Notes: a model not told the origin generated them from the letters alone. 64,000 nucleotides of DNA from an uncultured Gammaproteobacteria bacterium (GCA_964503465.1 CAZCYZ010000002.1:6995-70994), one strand, 5' to 3'. Numbered from the stretch's first letter, positions 45,301-54,137 are shown. Numbers and translations: made by a program.

Positions 45301-47294
45301 AGGCTGATTTGAATAATCTTAATGAGTGTAGTGCGATAAATTCTATTCCCTACATAGGGGCGAGTTTAAAGTCAAGTATCTGTAGTGCAGTGGGACTTAG
45401 GCCGGTGTTACCACTTCATTGTCAATGGTCAAATGGAAGTTGTGTACCTCGTTACAATGTCAATCCTTTTACTTGTAAAGTTGGAGGAGTGGCTGGTGTC
45501 TGTACTACTCGAAGTAACTGTAGTGGAACCTTTGACCAAACACAGGTTGTTGACTGTGGCGGTGCTCTAGGGCCTTTGTATACTGTTCTGGGTGTTGGCT
45601 GTTGTGTGACTGGAGGAGCTAGTCCTACCCCAACTGCTACCCCAACTGTTACGGTGACAGGGATTTGTGGTAGTGTTTGTGGAAGAGTCCCCTTACTAGT
45701 GAGGTCAGCTTGTGTTGCTGCGTGTACTAATATTGTTAATAATGGTTGTGCAGCGGGAAGAAATACCTTTATTGATGGGTGTATGACTACTTGTAATAGG
45801 TCGTCGGTGTTGAGGTTGGCGGGTGTTTGTTCGAATATATGTCGTCTGGCCGCCGATGAGATTTGTACTGATATACCAGGTACGGATTGTCCTAATCCGG
45901 GAACTACTACTTGTGAAGATGGTAGGGTACGGGCCTGTAAAGGCGATGGTGCTTGGGGCGAATGGATTACCTGTTTGTCGGGTCAGTGTAACACCGATGG
46001 AACAGAGTGTAAGTTCCCCCCAATATCGCCGTTGCCAACTAAGGGTGTTCGAGGAACACCGACAGGAACCAGGTGTCAAGATGGGGTAAGGGAGTTAAGA
46101 TGTGGAATTCAGGGTCGAGTAACTGGAACTGAATTTGGCTGTGAGCGTCCAGTAGATTTTAACTGTGCCGCAAATCAAATGGGTACGATTCGGGTTAGTC
46201 CTGATTGTCGATGTCAGCCGGTGTGTATGAATTCTTCGGCTTGTAGTTTAATTCCAACTGGTCAGCCGACAGGAACCAGGTGTCAAGATGGGGTAAGGGA
46301 GTTAAGATGTGGAATTCAGGGTCGAGTAACTGGAACTGAATTTGGCTGTGAGCGTCCAGTAGATTTTAACTGTGCCGCAAATCAAATGGGTACGATTCGG
46401 GTTAGTCCTGATTGTCGATGTCAGCCGGTGTGTATGAATTCTTCGGCTTGTAGTTTGGAGCCGACTCCGACTACTGGAAGGGGAATAACACCGGTAGTAA
46501 CAAGAGAGCCGACAACTCCTCCAGGACCAGGTTCATGTGACCAGAAATGTCCGACGAGTGACGGTAAAATCTTGAAAAACTGTACTCCGCCAGATAGTGA
46601 TGGCTCTAGTCAGGATAGCAATTGTGACCGTAGGGGTAGAGTTGAGCCCTGTGGTGGTAGCCAGTACTGCTGTGATGGAAGTAAGTGGAGTACTGACATG
46701 GCAGCTTGCGGAAATGTACCTACCACCCCTCCCGGTTGTGACCAAAAGTGCCCAACAAGTGATGGAAAAATCTTGAAAAACTGCACTCCACCAGACAGTG
46801 ATGGTACCAGTCAGGATAGCAATTGTGACCGTAGGGGTAGAGTAGAATCTTGTGGTGGTAGCCAGTACTGCTGTGATGGAAGTAAGTGGAGTACTGACAT
46901 GGCAGCTTGTGGGTCGGGTAAGTGTAAACGGTGCCCAGCAGACTTTAAGTGTTACACCGATGGGAGTGAGTATCGGTGGTTTGTGACAGGATATGCAATG
47001 GAGGGATTTGAGCTGGTGGCTTCACCGGATACCACTAGTTGTGGTGGTGTGACTCAACCGAGTTATATGGGCAAACAGAAGGGTGATGCCAATTGTGATG
47101 GCTTTGTCGATGGTTATGACTATTCGATTTGGAGAACGGAGTATGTGGATGTTAGCGGCGGTGAGCCATTAGTTCGAGATAATTGGGAGGCTGACTTCAC
47201 TGGTAACGACGGTCTGTGTGATGGAGTGGTGGATGGATACGATTACTCCTTGTGGAGAAATCAATATAAAGATTTAAATGGAGGAGGAAACTAA
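42363..47294 (+). CDS. giant Cys-rich repetitive surface protein (1643 aa) with N-terminal anchor and C-terminal dockerin-like repeat pair
   Basis: About ten 55-aa modules (GNCAAT..HP.M.NG.SYCQ.PYL.GSR.W.CNNG...TRNC); duplicated 70-80-aa modules; C-terminal DANCDGFVDGYDYSIW and DGLCDGVVDGYDYSLW. Confidence 0.7.
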   Translation: MKTGKLFSDYIKVKNNKMNKIFRRIGSNSGLAQIPLVIGLLIMAVAIPVATKLSQTEQDTRDKAAAKVCTVGNLGTRCTNSSGQSCQEYRLANCDILCNQNCTGGGGGSTPKLPKPTSGGGGGSTCEAGRENVGCGKTGRVSGDCRQAVTFNCSSNQMGVLEISRDCTCRATCVNSSSCAEPTSPPRATNTPEPSCQAGRQEFLGECGKKGRVSTIRFGSRSYECAQPVDFNCQSGQIGVIEMAGPNCVCSARCLNESTCAAATPTTRPTSRPTSTSTPRPTTACVRNGLTTGSTSNCCSKSSVTYAGTGGSLVTCCAANGTVAENKAECCSGNGTVITGGRDQGAYTCGAAPTSTPRPTATPTASNLGSCAATSSHPVMANGETYCQSPYLLGSRAWACNNGTATVRTNYLNTRNCDGNVPTGLPVGNCAATGNHPEMTNGGSYCQTPYLAGSRRWTCNNGDATISRNFLATRNCEETVPTGAGGSCTATTNTPALANGESYCQSPYLAGSRRWTCNNGVVSVSHDFLLTRNCSGTVPTGLPAGNCAASPNHPAMTNGQSYCQSPYLLGSRVWTCSNGDAVITNNYEATRNCNGTIPTGLPAGNCPATSSHPVMANGETYCQSPYLLGSRAWACNNGTATVRTNYLNTRNCDGNVPTGLPVGNCAATGNHPEMTNGGSYCQTPYLAGSRRWTCNNGDATISRNFLATRNCEETVPTGAGGSCTATTNTPALANGESYCQSPYRLGSRRWHCDNGVVSVESIYLLTRDCRGTVPTGTTPGNCAATDETPVLTNGQSYCQSPYRLGSRRWVCNNGVVSVTNNYLTTANCASSSLTPIPGCVIVNPLGGCLLTQTAIDNLNECSAISSLPISSSLRASVCSAVGLRAVLPLHCQWSNGSCVPRYNVNPFTCKVGGVAGVCTTRSNCSGTFDQTQVVDCGGALGPLYTVLGVGCCVTGGTGGIVTPIPGCIVANPAGGCWLTQADLNNLNECSAINSIPYIGASLKSSICSAVGLRPVLPLHCQWSNGSCVPRYNVNPFTCKVGGVAGVCTTRSNCSGTFDQTQVVDCGGALGPLYTVLGVGCCVTGGASPTPTATPTVTVTGICGSVCGRVPLLVRSACVAACTNIVNNGCAAGRNTFIDGCMTTCNRSSVLRLAGVCSNICRLAADEICTDIPGTDCPNPGTTTCEDGRVRACKGDGAWGEWITCLSGQCNTDGTECKFPPISPLPTKGVRGTPTGTRCQDGVRELRCGIQGRVTGTEFGCERPVDFNCAANQMGTIRVSPDCRCQPVCMNSSACSLIPTGQPTGTRCQDGVRELRCGIQGRVTGTEFGCERPVDFNCAANQMGTIRVSPDCRCQPVCMNSSACSLEPTPTTGRGITPVVTREPTTPPGPGSCDQKCPTSDGKILKNCTPPDSDGSSQDSNCDRRGRVEPCGGSQYCCDGSKWSTDMAACGNVPTTPPGCDQKCPTSDGKILKNCTPPDSDGTSQDSNCDRRGRVESCGGSQYCCDGSKWSTDMAACGSGKCKRCPADFKCYTDGSEYRWFVTGYAMEGFELVASPDTTSCGGVTQPSYMGKQKGDANCDGFVDGYDYSIWRTEYVDVSGGEPLVRDNWEADFTGNDGLCDGVVDGYDYSLWRNQYKDLNGGGN
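43470..44590. repeat. near-identical tandem direct repeat (~0.4 kb identical core within a 705-bp period) inside the giant gene
   Basis: Identical antisense ORFs reported at 43485..43670 and 44190..44375; DNA identical by eye from ~43470-43885 and 44175-44590. Confidence 0.7.
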
Positions 47295-48579
47295 AATGAC
47301 TATCCGAAGTAAACAGATGTCGGTTGCGTCACTAATAATACCTTTGTTGTTGGTGGCAGCCTTGATAGCTGGTTTAACCTTAGTTAAAACTAATCAAGAA
47401 ACACGAAGGGGGGCGTATTTTGCCAGCACCAAGATGTTGTTACAACCAGAGTCGTCGACAAAGAGGGTGGGGGAGGAAATACCTTTTGCTTTGTATGTGG
47501 AGACTCCTGCAAAAGTAGACTTTGTTAAGGCTAAAATCTGCTATACTAACTTGATAAGTCTGGATGGGAGTGATTTAGATTCAAAGATAGTTGTTAATCG
47601 AGAAGCTTTCGATGTGGCAGTTTTGACAAAGGTGGGGGAGTCAACGATTCCCGAACAGAAATGTTTAACAATGTCGATCAAATCAGAGAAGGCGGCGGAG
47701 AATTTAAAATCCGGATTGGTTCAGGTGGCCTTAATCAAGTTTAAGGCTTTGGCCAAAGGAAACGGTAATTTGGTTATTGACAAAGCCTCTTCACAAGTCG
47801 GCGGTCACAATGCTGGTAAAACCGATAAAAGTATCAAGATTGAAGAGGTGGCAGGAGCTAGCTTCACCATAACTGAAGGTGTAACTGGAGAGTGTGGTTG
47901 GTGTGGGCTTGATTGTATTCGTAAAGCCGCGGGCATGAATTGTATCGATGTAGCTCCGCCAGTTGGACAGAGATGTGTTGAAGTTGATGGTAACTGTGTG
48001 GCTCAACCAATTAGTACCGGAGGAGATTCGGTTTTGAACTACAAGATATTGTTTGGGGGTTTGCAATCAGATGCCAAGTGTGTGGCGAATTGGCCAGTAT
48101 CGATTACTGTTTTGGCAAATGGAGTATCCAAAACTTATAGCCATACTCCAGTCAGGGATGGTGATTCTTTTAGTGGTAGTTTAGTATTGACTGGATTTAC
48201 GGCTAGGGAAGGGGTGGCGGTTTTTATCAAAGGTTCGAAGCATCTTCAGATGAAGTATGGTAAGGACAATCAAGTTGGGGCGTATGCAAAGGCGGGGGGT
48301 GAAATTAGCCTGACCGATTCGGTATCTACCAGTCCATGGTATGTTTTTTCGGGATATCCACTGGTGGCAGGTGATGTTACCGGAGTCAACTCTGATGCCC
48401 AAGATGGATGGATTAATGGAGTTGACTTTTCTTATGTCAAGCAGCGTTCCTTGACACATGAAATGGTGGCAGAAGGAGCGTATCTTCAGGCCGATTTGGA
48501 TGGTAACTGTCAGGTTAACAGTAATGATGTTAACGTATTAAAGATTTCTCTCAATGAAAAACAGGGAGAGCTGTATTAA
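47278..48579 (+). CDS. membrane-anchored protein with cohesin-like N-terminal domain and C-terminal dockerin-like repeats
   Basis: N-terminal TM plus KTNQETRR motif; C-terminal DGWINGVDFSYV and DLDGNCQVNSNDVNVL. Confidence 0.5.
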   Translation: MEEETKMTIRSKQMSVASLIIPLLLVAALIAGLTLVKTNQETRRGAYFASTKMLLQPESSTKRVGEEIPFALYVETPAKVDFVKAKICYTNLISLDGSDLDSKIVVNREAFDVAVLTKVGESTIPEQKCLTMSIKSEKAAENLKSGLVQVALIKFKALAKGNGNLVIDKASSQVGGHNAGKTDKSIKIEEVAGASFTITEGVTGECGWCGLDCIRKAAGMNCIDVAPPVGQRCVEVDGNCVAQPISTGGDSVLNYKILFGGLQSDAKCVANWPVSITVLANGVSKTYSHTPVRDGDSFSGSLVLTGFTAREGVAVFIKGSKHLQMKYGKDNQVGAYAKAGGEISLTDSVSTSPWYVFSGYPLVAGDVTGVNSDAQDGWINGVDFSYVKQRSLTHEMVAEGAYLQADLDGNCQVNSNDVNVLKISLNEKQGELY

Positions 48580-48588
48580 GGAGAAAAT

Positions 48589-49176
48589 ATGAAAAAAGAA
48601 CAAATAATAAGGTTTTTAATTCCAGTAGTGGCAGTGTTGGTAATTGTTGAAAGTGTGGTTCTGGTTACTGGGGCTTTAAAGAGGAATAGAGAAGTGGTGC
48701 AGGATAAGCCGTTAGTTGCGGACGAAGAGTCGCGGTTGATCCAGATGGGTTTGGATGCGCCTAAATCATCGATAGCAGTGGGCGAGAAATTGCCGGTAAA
48801 CTTTAGATTGGTATCAACTAAGGATTTGGCGGTAGACGCCTTTGAGACGTATATTAAATACGATCCGACGGCTTTTGAAGTTTCCGGTTTAAGTTTTAAC
48901 AATGATTTACCAGCTCCAGCGATAGCAAAAATCAGTCGACAAAAAGGGATGATTATTGTTACTTATCTTGTTGATGAGGCGAGGGGTTATCAGTTGAAGT
49001 CGGGGGTTGAAGTGATGTTGGCAAGCTTTAATGTGACCGCTAAAAAAGCTGGTTCGTATGATTTTGAAATTACCACTAGCACTGGTGAGCAAGGCTCTGC
49101 TAGTATGGTAGTAGAGAATGCAACATCGAAGGTGATTCCATTTGATGGTAGCAGTCTAAAAGTTAACGTTTTTTAA
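48589..49176 (+). CDS. cohesin-domain protein (membrane-anchored)
   Basis: VGEKLPVNFRLVSTKDLAVDAFETYIKYDPTAFEV...ASFNVTAKKAGSYDFEI matches the cohesin beta-sandwich signature pattern. Confidence 0.5.
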   Translation: MKKEQIIRFLIPVVAVLVIVESVVLVTGALKRNREVVQDKPLVADEESRLIQMGLDAPKSSIAVGEKLPVNFRLVSTKDLAVDAFETYIKYDPTAFEVSGLSFNNDLPAPAIAKISRQKGMIIVTYLVDEARGYQLKSGVEVMLASFNVTAKKAGSYDFEITTSTGEQGSASMVVENATSKVIPFDGSSLKVNVF

Positions 49177-49185
49177 ATAAAGATA

Positions 49186-49887
49186 ATGAAAAAAACTGCC
49201 CTTAGTTTGGTAATGACCTTGGCCTTGATGGGGGCAGGGGTTAAAGGAGTAATGGCCGGGCCCCATCTGACTTTATCTCCTTCGGCGGGGAATTATACGG
49301 TTGGGTCTGAGTTTACGGTGACAATTGGGGTGGATTCGGGAACAGAGAAAACGGCGGCGATTGATATTTGGGCGAATTTTGACTTGTCCAAGCTGGAGGT
49401 GGTGTCGATTACAAAGACTGCCCCTCCGGATCCAAATAATGACGATTTTCCTTTTAGTTTGGGCCAGAACATTAAGAACAGTGAAGGTAAATTTGATGTA
49501 AGTTGCACCTCAAGTAACATGAGTGGATTGGAAACCGTGGCAATTAAGAGGGACTTGGTGGCGGTAGTGTTTAAAGCTAAGGCTGAAGGAGTGGCATCGC
49601 TTAATTTTAGTTGCTCATCAGGCTCAAGTATTGATACTAATATTTTTAATGCCAGTGCGGTAGATGTAATTGAGTGTTCGAGTAATCAAAGCGGATCTTA
49701 CACTATTACGGCTGCTTCAAGTGGTGGTACGAGCGAGCCAACGGCGACACCAACACCAACGACAGCGGCAACAACAACGACTACAAGTTCTAGCTTGCCA
49801 CAGACTGGGGTGATTGAAAATACGGTTGGATTAGTGGTTTTTGGTTTGATGTCGGTGCTTGGAGCGGCAGTTTTACGTTGGCTATGA
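49186..49887 (+). CDS. cohesin-like surface protein with LPQTG sortase sorting signal
   Basis: Signal peptide; cohesin-like core; Thr-rich linker; LPQTG (49795-49809) followed by hydrophobic segment and RWL tail. Confidence 0.6.
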   Translation: MKKTALSLVMTLALMGAGVKGVMAGPHLTLSPSAGNYTVGSEFTVTIGVDSGTEKTAAIDIWANFDLSKLEVVSITKTAPPDPNNDDFPFSLGQNIKNSEGKFDVSCTSSNMSGLETVAIKRDLVAVVFKAKAEGVASLNFSCSSGSSIDTNIFNASAVDVIECSSNQSGSYTITAASSGGTSEPTATPTPTTAATTTTTSSSLPQTGVIENTVGLVVFGLMSVLGAAVLRWL

Positions 49888-50579
49888 GTAGGGGAGCGAT
49901 TAACATTAAGACAATATTGATTTTGGTTATTTTGGTGTTGGTGGGAGTGTTGAGTGTTTTGGGTATCAATACTGCCAAAACATTGATTGGAAGTGCGGCG
50001 GCTGGAGTTGAGCCCAAAAATGTAATTGCTAAGCCGGATATGGTGACTGATAGTGGCCGGGAAGAGTTTACGGCGAAAGTTGAGTGGACTTCGGAAAAAC
50101 CAGCGATGGGAATTGTCGAGTATGGGACGACACCGGCCAGTTTGCTATTACGGGCAGCAGAATCGGAACAGTCAACCAGCCATTCGGTTAAATTGTCACC
50201 CTTAAAATCAAATACTAGTTATTATTTTCGAATTAAAATAGGGGAAGAAGTCTTTGATAACAACGGTATTCCCTATTCTTTTAAAACTAAGGCGACAACC
50301 GCGAGTGGGAGCAGTCAGCAACAACCAACAGTGGCGCCAACTAAGCCAGTAGGAGCGGCACCAACGGTGGTTAATGATAAAGGTTGCAATCGTGCGACTG
50401 ACTACAATAAGGATGGGGTGATCAATAGCCTTGACTATGTCGTTTGTATGGGTGGCCAAAAGAGTGGTACTCCGTCGGCTAGTAGTAGTGCTAGTAGTTG
50501 CAAGGCAGGAGTGGATTTTGATGGCAATGGGGTGGCGAATAGTCTTGATATGATCAAGTGTTTACAAAACAAGAAGTAA
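49878..50579 (+). CDS. FN3-like domain protein with C-terminal dockerin (two repeats)
   Basis: VEWTSEKPAMGIVEYGTTP...TSYYFRIK (FN3-like); DYNKDGVINSLDYVV and DFDGNGVANSLDMI dockerin repeats. Confidence 0.6.
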   Translation: MAMSRGAINIKTILILVILVLVGVLSVLGINTAKTLIGSAAAGVEPKNVIAKPDMVTDSGREEFTAKVEWTSEKPAMGIVEYGTTPASLLLRAAESEQSTSHSVKLSPLKSNTSYYFRIKIGEEVFDNNGIPYSFKTKATTASGSSQQQPTVAPTKPVGAAPTVVNDKGCNRATDYNKDGVINSLDYVVCMGGQKSGTPSASSSASSCKAGVDFDGNGVANSLDMIKCLQNKK

Positions 50580-50600
50580 TAGGGTAAAATAGCTACCTAT

Positions 50601-50822
50601 ATGGCCATTGTGGTAAAGAAAACAAAAGGTGAGTCGAAGGACGATATAATTGGTAAGTTTCGTCGACTGTGTATTGAGGAGGATATCGCTGAAGAAGTCA
50701 AGAAAAGGACTGCTTATAGCAAACCGTCTATCGAACGTTATGCCAAAAAAAAGATTATTCTTTGGAGGGAAAAGTGTCGAAGACGGGCGAAGAAATTGAG
50801 AAATCGAAGTAGTCATTCCTAA
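50601..50822 (+). CDS. rpsU: 30S ribosomal protein S21
   Basis: KFRRLCIEEDIAEEVKKRTAYSKPSIERYAKKK matches S21. Confidence 0.8.
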   Translation: MAIVVKKTKGESKDDIIGKFRRLCIEEDIAEEVKKRTAYSKPSIERYAKKKIILWREKCRRRAKKLRNRSSHS

Positions 50823-50832
50823 AGTGTAAATT

Positions 50833-51267
50833 ATGCTAAGGGATACAATTAAACAGGAAGTGGTCAAAGCTTTGAAGGCCGGGGATGAGCGGCGGGTGGA
50901 GACATTGCGATTTTTGGTGTCATTGTTGGACAAAAGGGCTCTGGATTTACCGGTAGGGGCAATGAAGGACGAGGAGGAATTGGCAGTTTTAAGAAAAGAG
51001 CTTAAACACAAAGAGGAGGCAAAGGAGATGTTTGTGAAGGGCGAAAGGAGCGATTTGGTGGCGGAGACTGATTATGAAATTGAAGTGTTAAGGGAGTATT
51101 TGCCACCAGAAATTAATGATGAGGAGATTAGGAAAGTGGTAACCGAGATAGTAGGGAATAATAGTGGAGCTAATTTCGGAATGGTGATGGGAATGGTGAT
51201 GAAGAGACTAGCTGGTCAGGTTAGTGGGGATCGGGTAGCTTCAATAGTCAAGGAATGTCTAACTTAG
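50833..51267 (+). CDS. GatB/YqeY-domain protein
   Basis: IKQEVVKALKAGDERRVETLRFLVSLL...; C-terminal NFGMVMGMVMK. Confidence 0.8.
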   Translation: MLRDTIKQEVVKALKAGDERRVETLRFLVSLLDKRALDLPVGAMKDEEELAVLRKELKHKEEAKEMFVKGERSDLVAETDYEIEVLREYLPPEINDEEIRKVVTEIVGNNSGANFGMVMGMVMKRLAGQVSGDRVASIVKECLT

Positions 51268-51593
51268 TTTTGATCAAGCATCCAAGTAATTGGGGTTTGG
51301 AAGAAAAATTGGTGGAAAGGTTGGCGAAGACGGTGTTGAGAGAAAAGAAGCTTGATGGAGTAGAGTTAAGCTTGGTTTTTGTCGGACGAAAACGGGCTAG
51401 AGATTTAAATGTTAGGTATCGAGGGATGAGTTATGTTCCTCAGGTATTAGGTTTTCCAATGGATAAAGAAACAGAAATTGATGGTTTGATACACTTAGGT
51501 GATGTGGTTATATGTACTAATCGGCTAAAGCGGGAGGGACAGGAGATACTGATTGAGTGGTTAAGACATGGGGTGCAAAATTTGTTGAAGTAG
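51255..51593 (+). CDS. YbeY-like protein, C-terminally truncated (lacks HxxxHxxxxxH zinc site)
   Basis: LSLVFVGRKRARDLNVRYRGMSYVPQVLGFPM...LGDVVICTNRL matches the YbeY N-terminal two-thirds; the ORF stops at LRHGVQNLLK before the His triad. Confidence 0.5.
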   Translation: MSNLVLIKHPSNWGLEEKLVERLAKTVLREKKLDGVELSLVFVGRKRARDLNVRYRGMSYVPQVLGFPMDKETEIDGLIHLGDVVICTNRLKREGQEILIEWLRHGVQNLLK

Positions 51594-51607
51594 TCTAGAA
51601 TGAGACG

Positions 51608-53074
51608 ATGTCGGTCTTTCATTTAAAATATCGTCCTCAAAGAATTGCTGACTTGGACTCGGTGGAGGTGGTTGAAGTTTTAACACGAATACTTGAGGGT
51701 GGAGATATTCCGCCGGCTTTTTTGTTTACCGGACCAAAAGGGGCCGGGAAAACTTCAGCGGCAAGAATTTTAGCTCGAGCGGTTAATTGTCAAAAAAAGA
51801 AGGGAATCGAACCTTGTGGGGAATGTGACAATTGTATTGAGGTTGGTGGTGGTCGATCGATAGATGTGTTGGAAATTGATGCCGCTTCGAATCGTGGGGT
51901 GGATGATGCTAGGAGTTTGCGGGAAAAGGCGGTGTTGTTGCCAAGCAAACTCAAAACAAAAGTGTTTATTGTTGACGAGGTTCACATGTTGACCAAAGAG
52001 GCCTTTAACGCCTTGCTGAAATTAATCGAGGAACCACCAATACACACAATGTTTATCTTGTGCACGACGGATGTTAGTAAAATTCCGGAAACTGTTTTGT
52101 CGCGACTGATCCGAGTTGATTTTAAGAAGGGAAGGAAAACCGAACTTCAAAGTGCTTTAAAAAGAGTGATTGAAGGGGAAAAAATTAGTATTGAGGATGA
52201 AAGTTTGAATTTAATTGTGGACAAAAGTGATGGGAGTTTTCGAAATATCCACAGGTTGTTCAATGAAATAGTGTTACGTTACGGTCAGAAAATAAAACAA
52301 GAGCAAGTGGAGGAGTTTTTTAAAACGAAGGGTGGTAGTTATAGTGAAAATGAGTTTGAGAAGGATTTGGGGGTGGGTGATGCCCAGAGAGTAATGACTA
52401 AGTTGGAACAGTTGGCTGAGGTAGGAACAGATTTTGCAAACTTTAGGGAGGGATTGATTAGGTATTTTCAGGAGAGATTGTTGAGTTTTTATGGAGTTGG
52501 AGCCGAGAATTTGGGGGAGCTTAAAAAGGAAGAAGTGGTTAGATTGCTGGGGTGTTTAATTAGGGCGGGGGAGTTGGAGAAATTAGTAGGAATTGATCAG
52601 TTGCCATTGGAGTTGGCAGTGATTGAGTTTTTGGGCGATAAGGAGCCGATTAAAAAACAAGGTGATAGCTTGGAGCCGAAAGTTGAGCCAATGGTTGAGA
52701 TAAAGAAAATCGAAGGAGAGGTAACCCTGGAGGCAATAGAACGTGAATGGGGGAATGTCTTGCGGGTAGTCAAGCCATTTAATCATTCTGTGGAGGCTTT
52801 TTTGAGGGCGGCCAGGCCAAAGGCGGTTGAAGGTAAGGCGTTGGTTATTGAGGTGTTCTATCCGTTTCATAAGGATAGGTTGGAGGAGGAGAGGAACAGA
52901 CAGGTGGTGGAAAAGGGACTGAAAACAGTTTTAGGAGTGGATTTGCATCTGAAGTGTGAGTTGAGTCAGAGTAAGAAGCCACCGCTGGTGATTAAGAATG
53001 AAACGCCGATGGAGCAAGTAACACCTGGAGGGGAGAAGGATATTTACGAGGTGGCCAAGGAAATTTTTGGATGA
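51608..53074 (+). CDS. dnaX: DNA polymerase III subunit gamma/tau
   Basis: FTGPKGAGKTSAARILA (Walker A), CGECDNC zinc module, VFIVDEVHML. Confidence 0.9.
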   Translation: MSVFHLKYRPQRIADLDSVEVVEVLTRILEGGDIPPAFLFTGPKGAGKTSAARILARAVNCQKKKGIEPCGECDNCIEVGGGRSIDVLEIDAASNRGVDDARSLREKAVLLPSKLKTKVFIVDEVHMLTKEAFNALLKLIEEPPIHTMFILCTTDVSKIPETVLSRLIRVDFKKGRKTELQSALKRVIEGEKISIEDESLNLIVDKSDGSFRNIHRLFNEIVLRYGQKIKQEQVEEFFKTKGGSYSENEFEKDLGVGDAQRVMTKLEQLAEVGTDFANFREGLIRYFQERLLSFYGVGAENLGELKKEEVVRLLGCLIRAGELEKLVGIDQLPLELAVIEFLGDKEPIKKQGDSLEPKVEPMVEIKKIEGEVTLEAIEREWGNVLRVVKPFNHSVEAFLRAARPKAVEGKALVIEVFYPFHKDRLEEERNRQVVEKGLKTVLGVDLHLKCELSQSKKPPLVIKNETPMEQVTPGGEKDIYEVAKEIFG

Positions 53075-53182
53075 TTGTTGTTAATTTGTAATTTCTAATT
53101 TCTAATTTATAATCAATTCTTAGCTATCTAACTAATTTTGAAACATTAGAAGTTCAATAAACATTAAAAATTAAATTAAGGT

Positions 53183-53431
53183 ATGTTTGATAAAGCTAAA
53201 ATGTTGGCCCAGGCTTTTAAACTAAAGAGAGCTATTGAGGCAGAGGTTATTATGGTTGATGAGAACGGGGTGATGATTGAGGTTGGCGGGGATCAAAAAA
53301 TTCGGAAATTAGTAATCAATGGGGTGGAAAACAGGGCGGTGTTGGAAGTGATTAACAAAGCGATGAAGAAAGCACAGGAAACTGCGGCTCGTAAAATGAA
53401 GGATATGGGAGGACTCGAGGGTTTGTTTTAA
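53183..53431 (+). CDS. ybaB: YbaB/EbfC nucleoid-associated protein
   Basis: Position between dnaX and recR; size and pattern of YbaB. Confidence 0.75.
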   Translation: MFDKAKMLAQAFKLKRAIEAEVIMVDENGVMIEVGGDQKIRKLVINGVENRAVLEVINKAMKKAQETAARKMKDMGGLEGLF

Positions 53432-53465
53432 ACCCTCAATTTCTAGTTTTTAACCTCTAATTTTA

Positions 53466-54098
53466 ATGGCACAGTTGCCGAAGTCGATTAACAATCTGGT
53501 AAATGCTTTTGGCCAATTACCGGGTATTGGGCCCAAAAGTGCTACTAGACTGGCATTTTATTTATTAACCACTCCGACAACTTATGTGGCTAACCTAGCT
53601 GGGGCGATGTTGGAGGTGAAGGAGAAAGTTAAGGCATGTCGAGAGTGTTATTCGGTGACCGAAAGTGAGTTGTGTGATGTTTGCAAAGATGAGAAACGTA
53701 ACCATAGGCAGATTTGCGTGGTTGAGCGGGCAATGGACATGTTGGCAATCGAGAATGTGGGGGGTTATGGTGGTGTTTATCATGTTTTGGGTGGAGTAGT
53801 AAATCCATTGGAACATGTTGGCCCGGAAGATCTAAAAATTGCAGAATTATTAAAGAGACTTGGTAATTGGTCCGGCAGTGGCCGGACTTCGGATGATCTT
53901 GAGATCATCCTTGCAATGAATCCGACCATGGAAGGGGAGGCAACGGCGCTATATATCAAGAATCAAATAGCAAAAGTCAAAGGTTTGGCAGACATAAAGA
54001 TAACTAGAATTGGCAGTGGTTTGCCGATGGGAGCGGATTTGGAGTTTGCTGATCAGGCAACTATTGCCCGGGCGATGGAGGGACGAAGAGGATTATAA
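53466..54098 (+). CDS. recR: recombination protein RecR
   Basis: HhH N-terminus, C4 zinc finger CRECYSVTESELCDVC, Toprim-like core. Confidence 0.9.
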   Translation: MAQLPKSINNLVNAFGQLPGIGPKSATRLAFYLLTTPTTYVANLAGAMLEVKEKVKACRECYSVTESELCDVCKDEKRNHRQICVVERAMDMLAIENVGGYGGVYHVLGGVVNPLEHVGPEDLKIAELLKRLGNWSGSGRTSDDLEIILAMNPTMEGEATALYIKNQIAKVKGLADIKITRIGSGLPMGADLEFADQATIARAMEGRRGL

Positions 54099-54137
54099 AA
54101 ATCCTTTGATTCACGGATTTTGTTAGAATGATGGTAT

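Noticed and set aside
43470-46915. Possible CRISPR array suggested by regularly spaced direct repeats.
   Set aside because: The repeats are 165-705 bp long, are translated in one continuous frame as Cys-rich protein modules, and have no short unique spacers. They are coding tandem repeats, not CRISPR.
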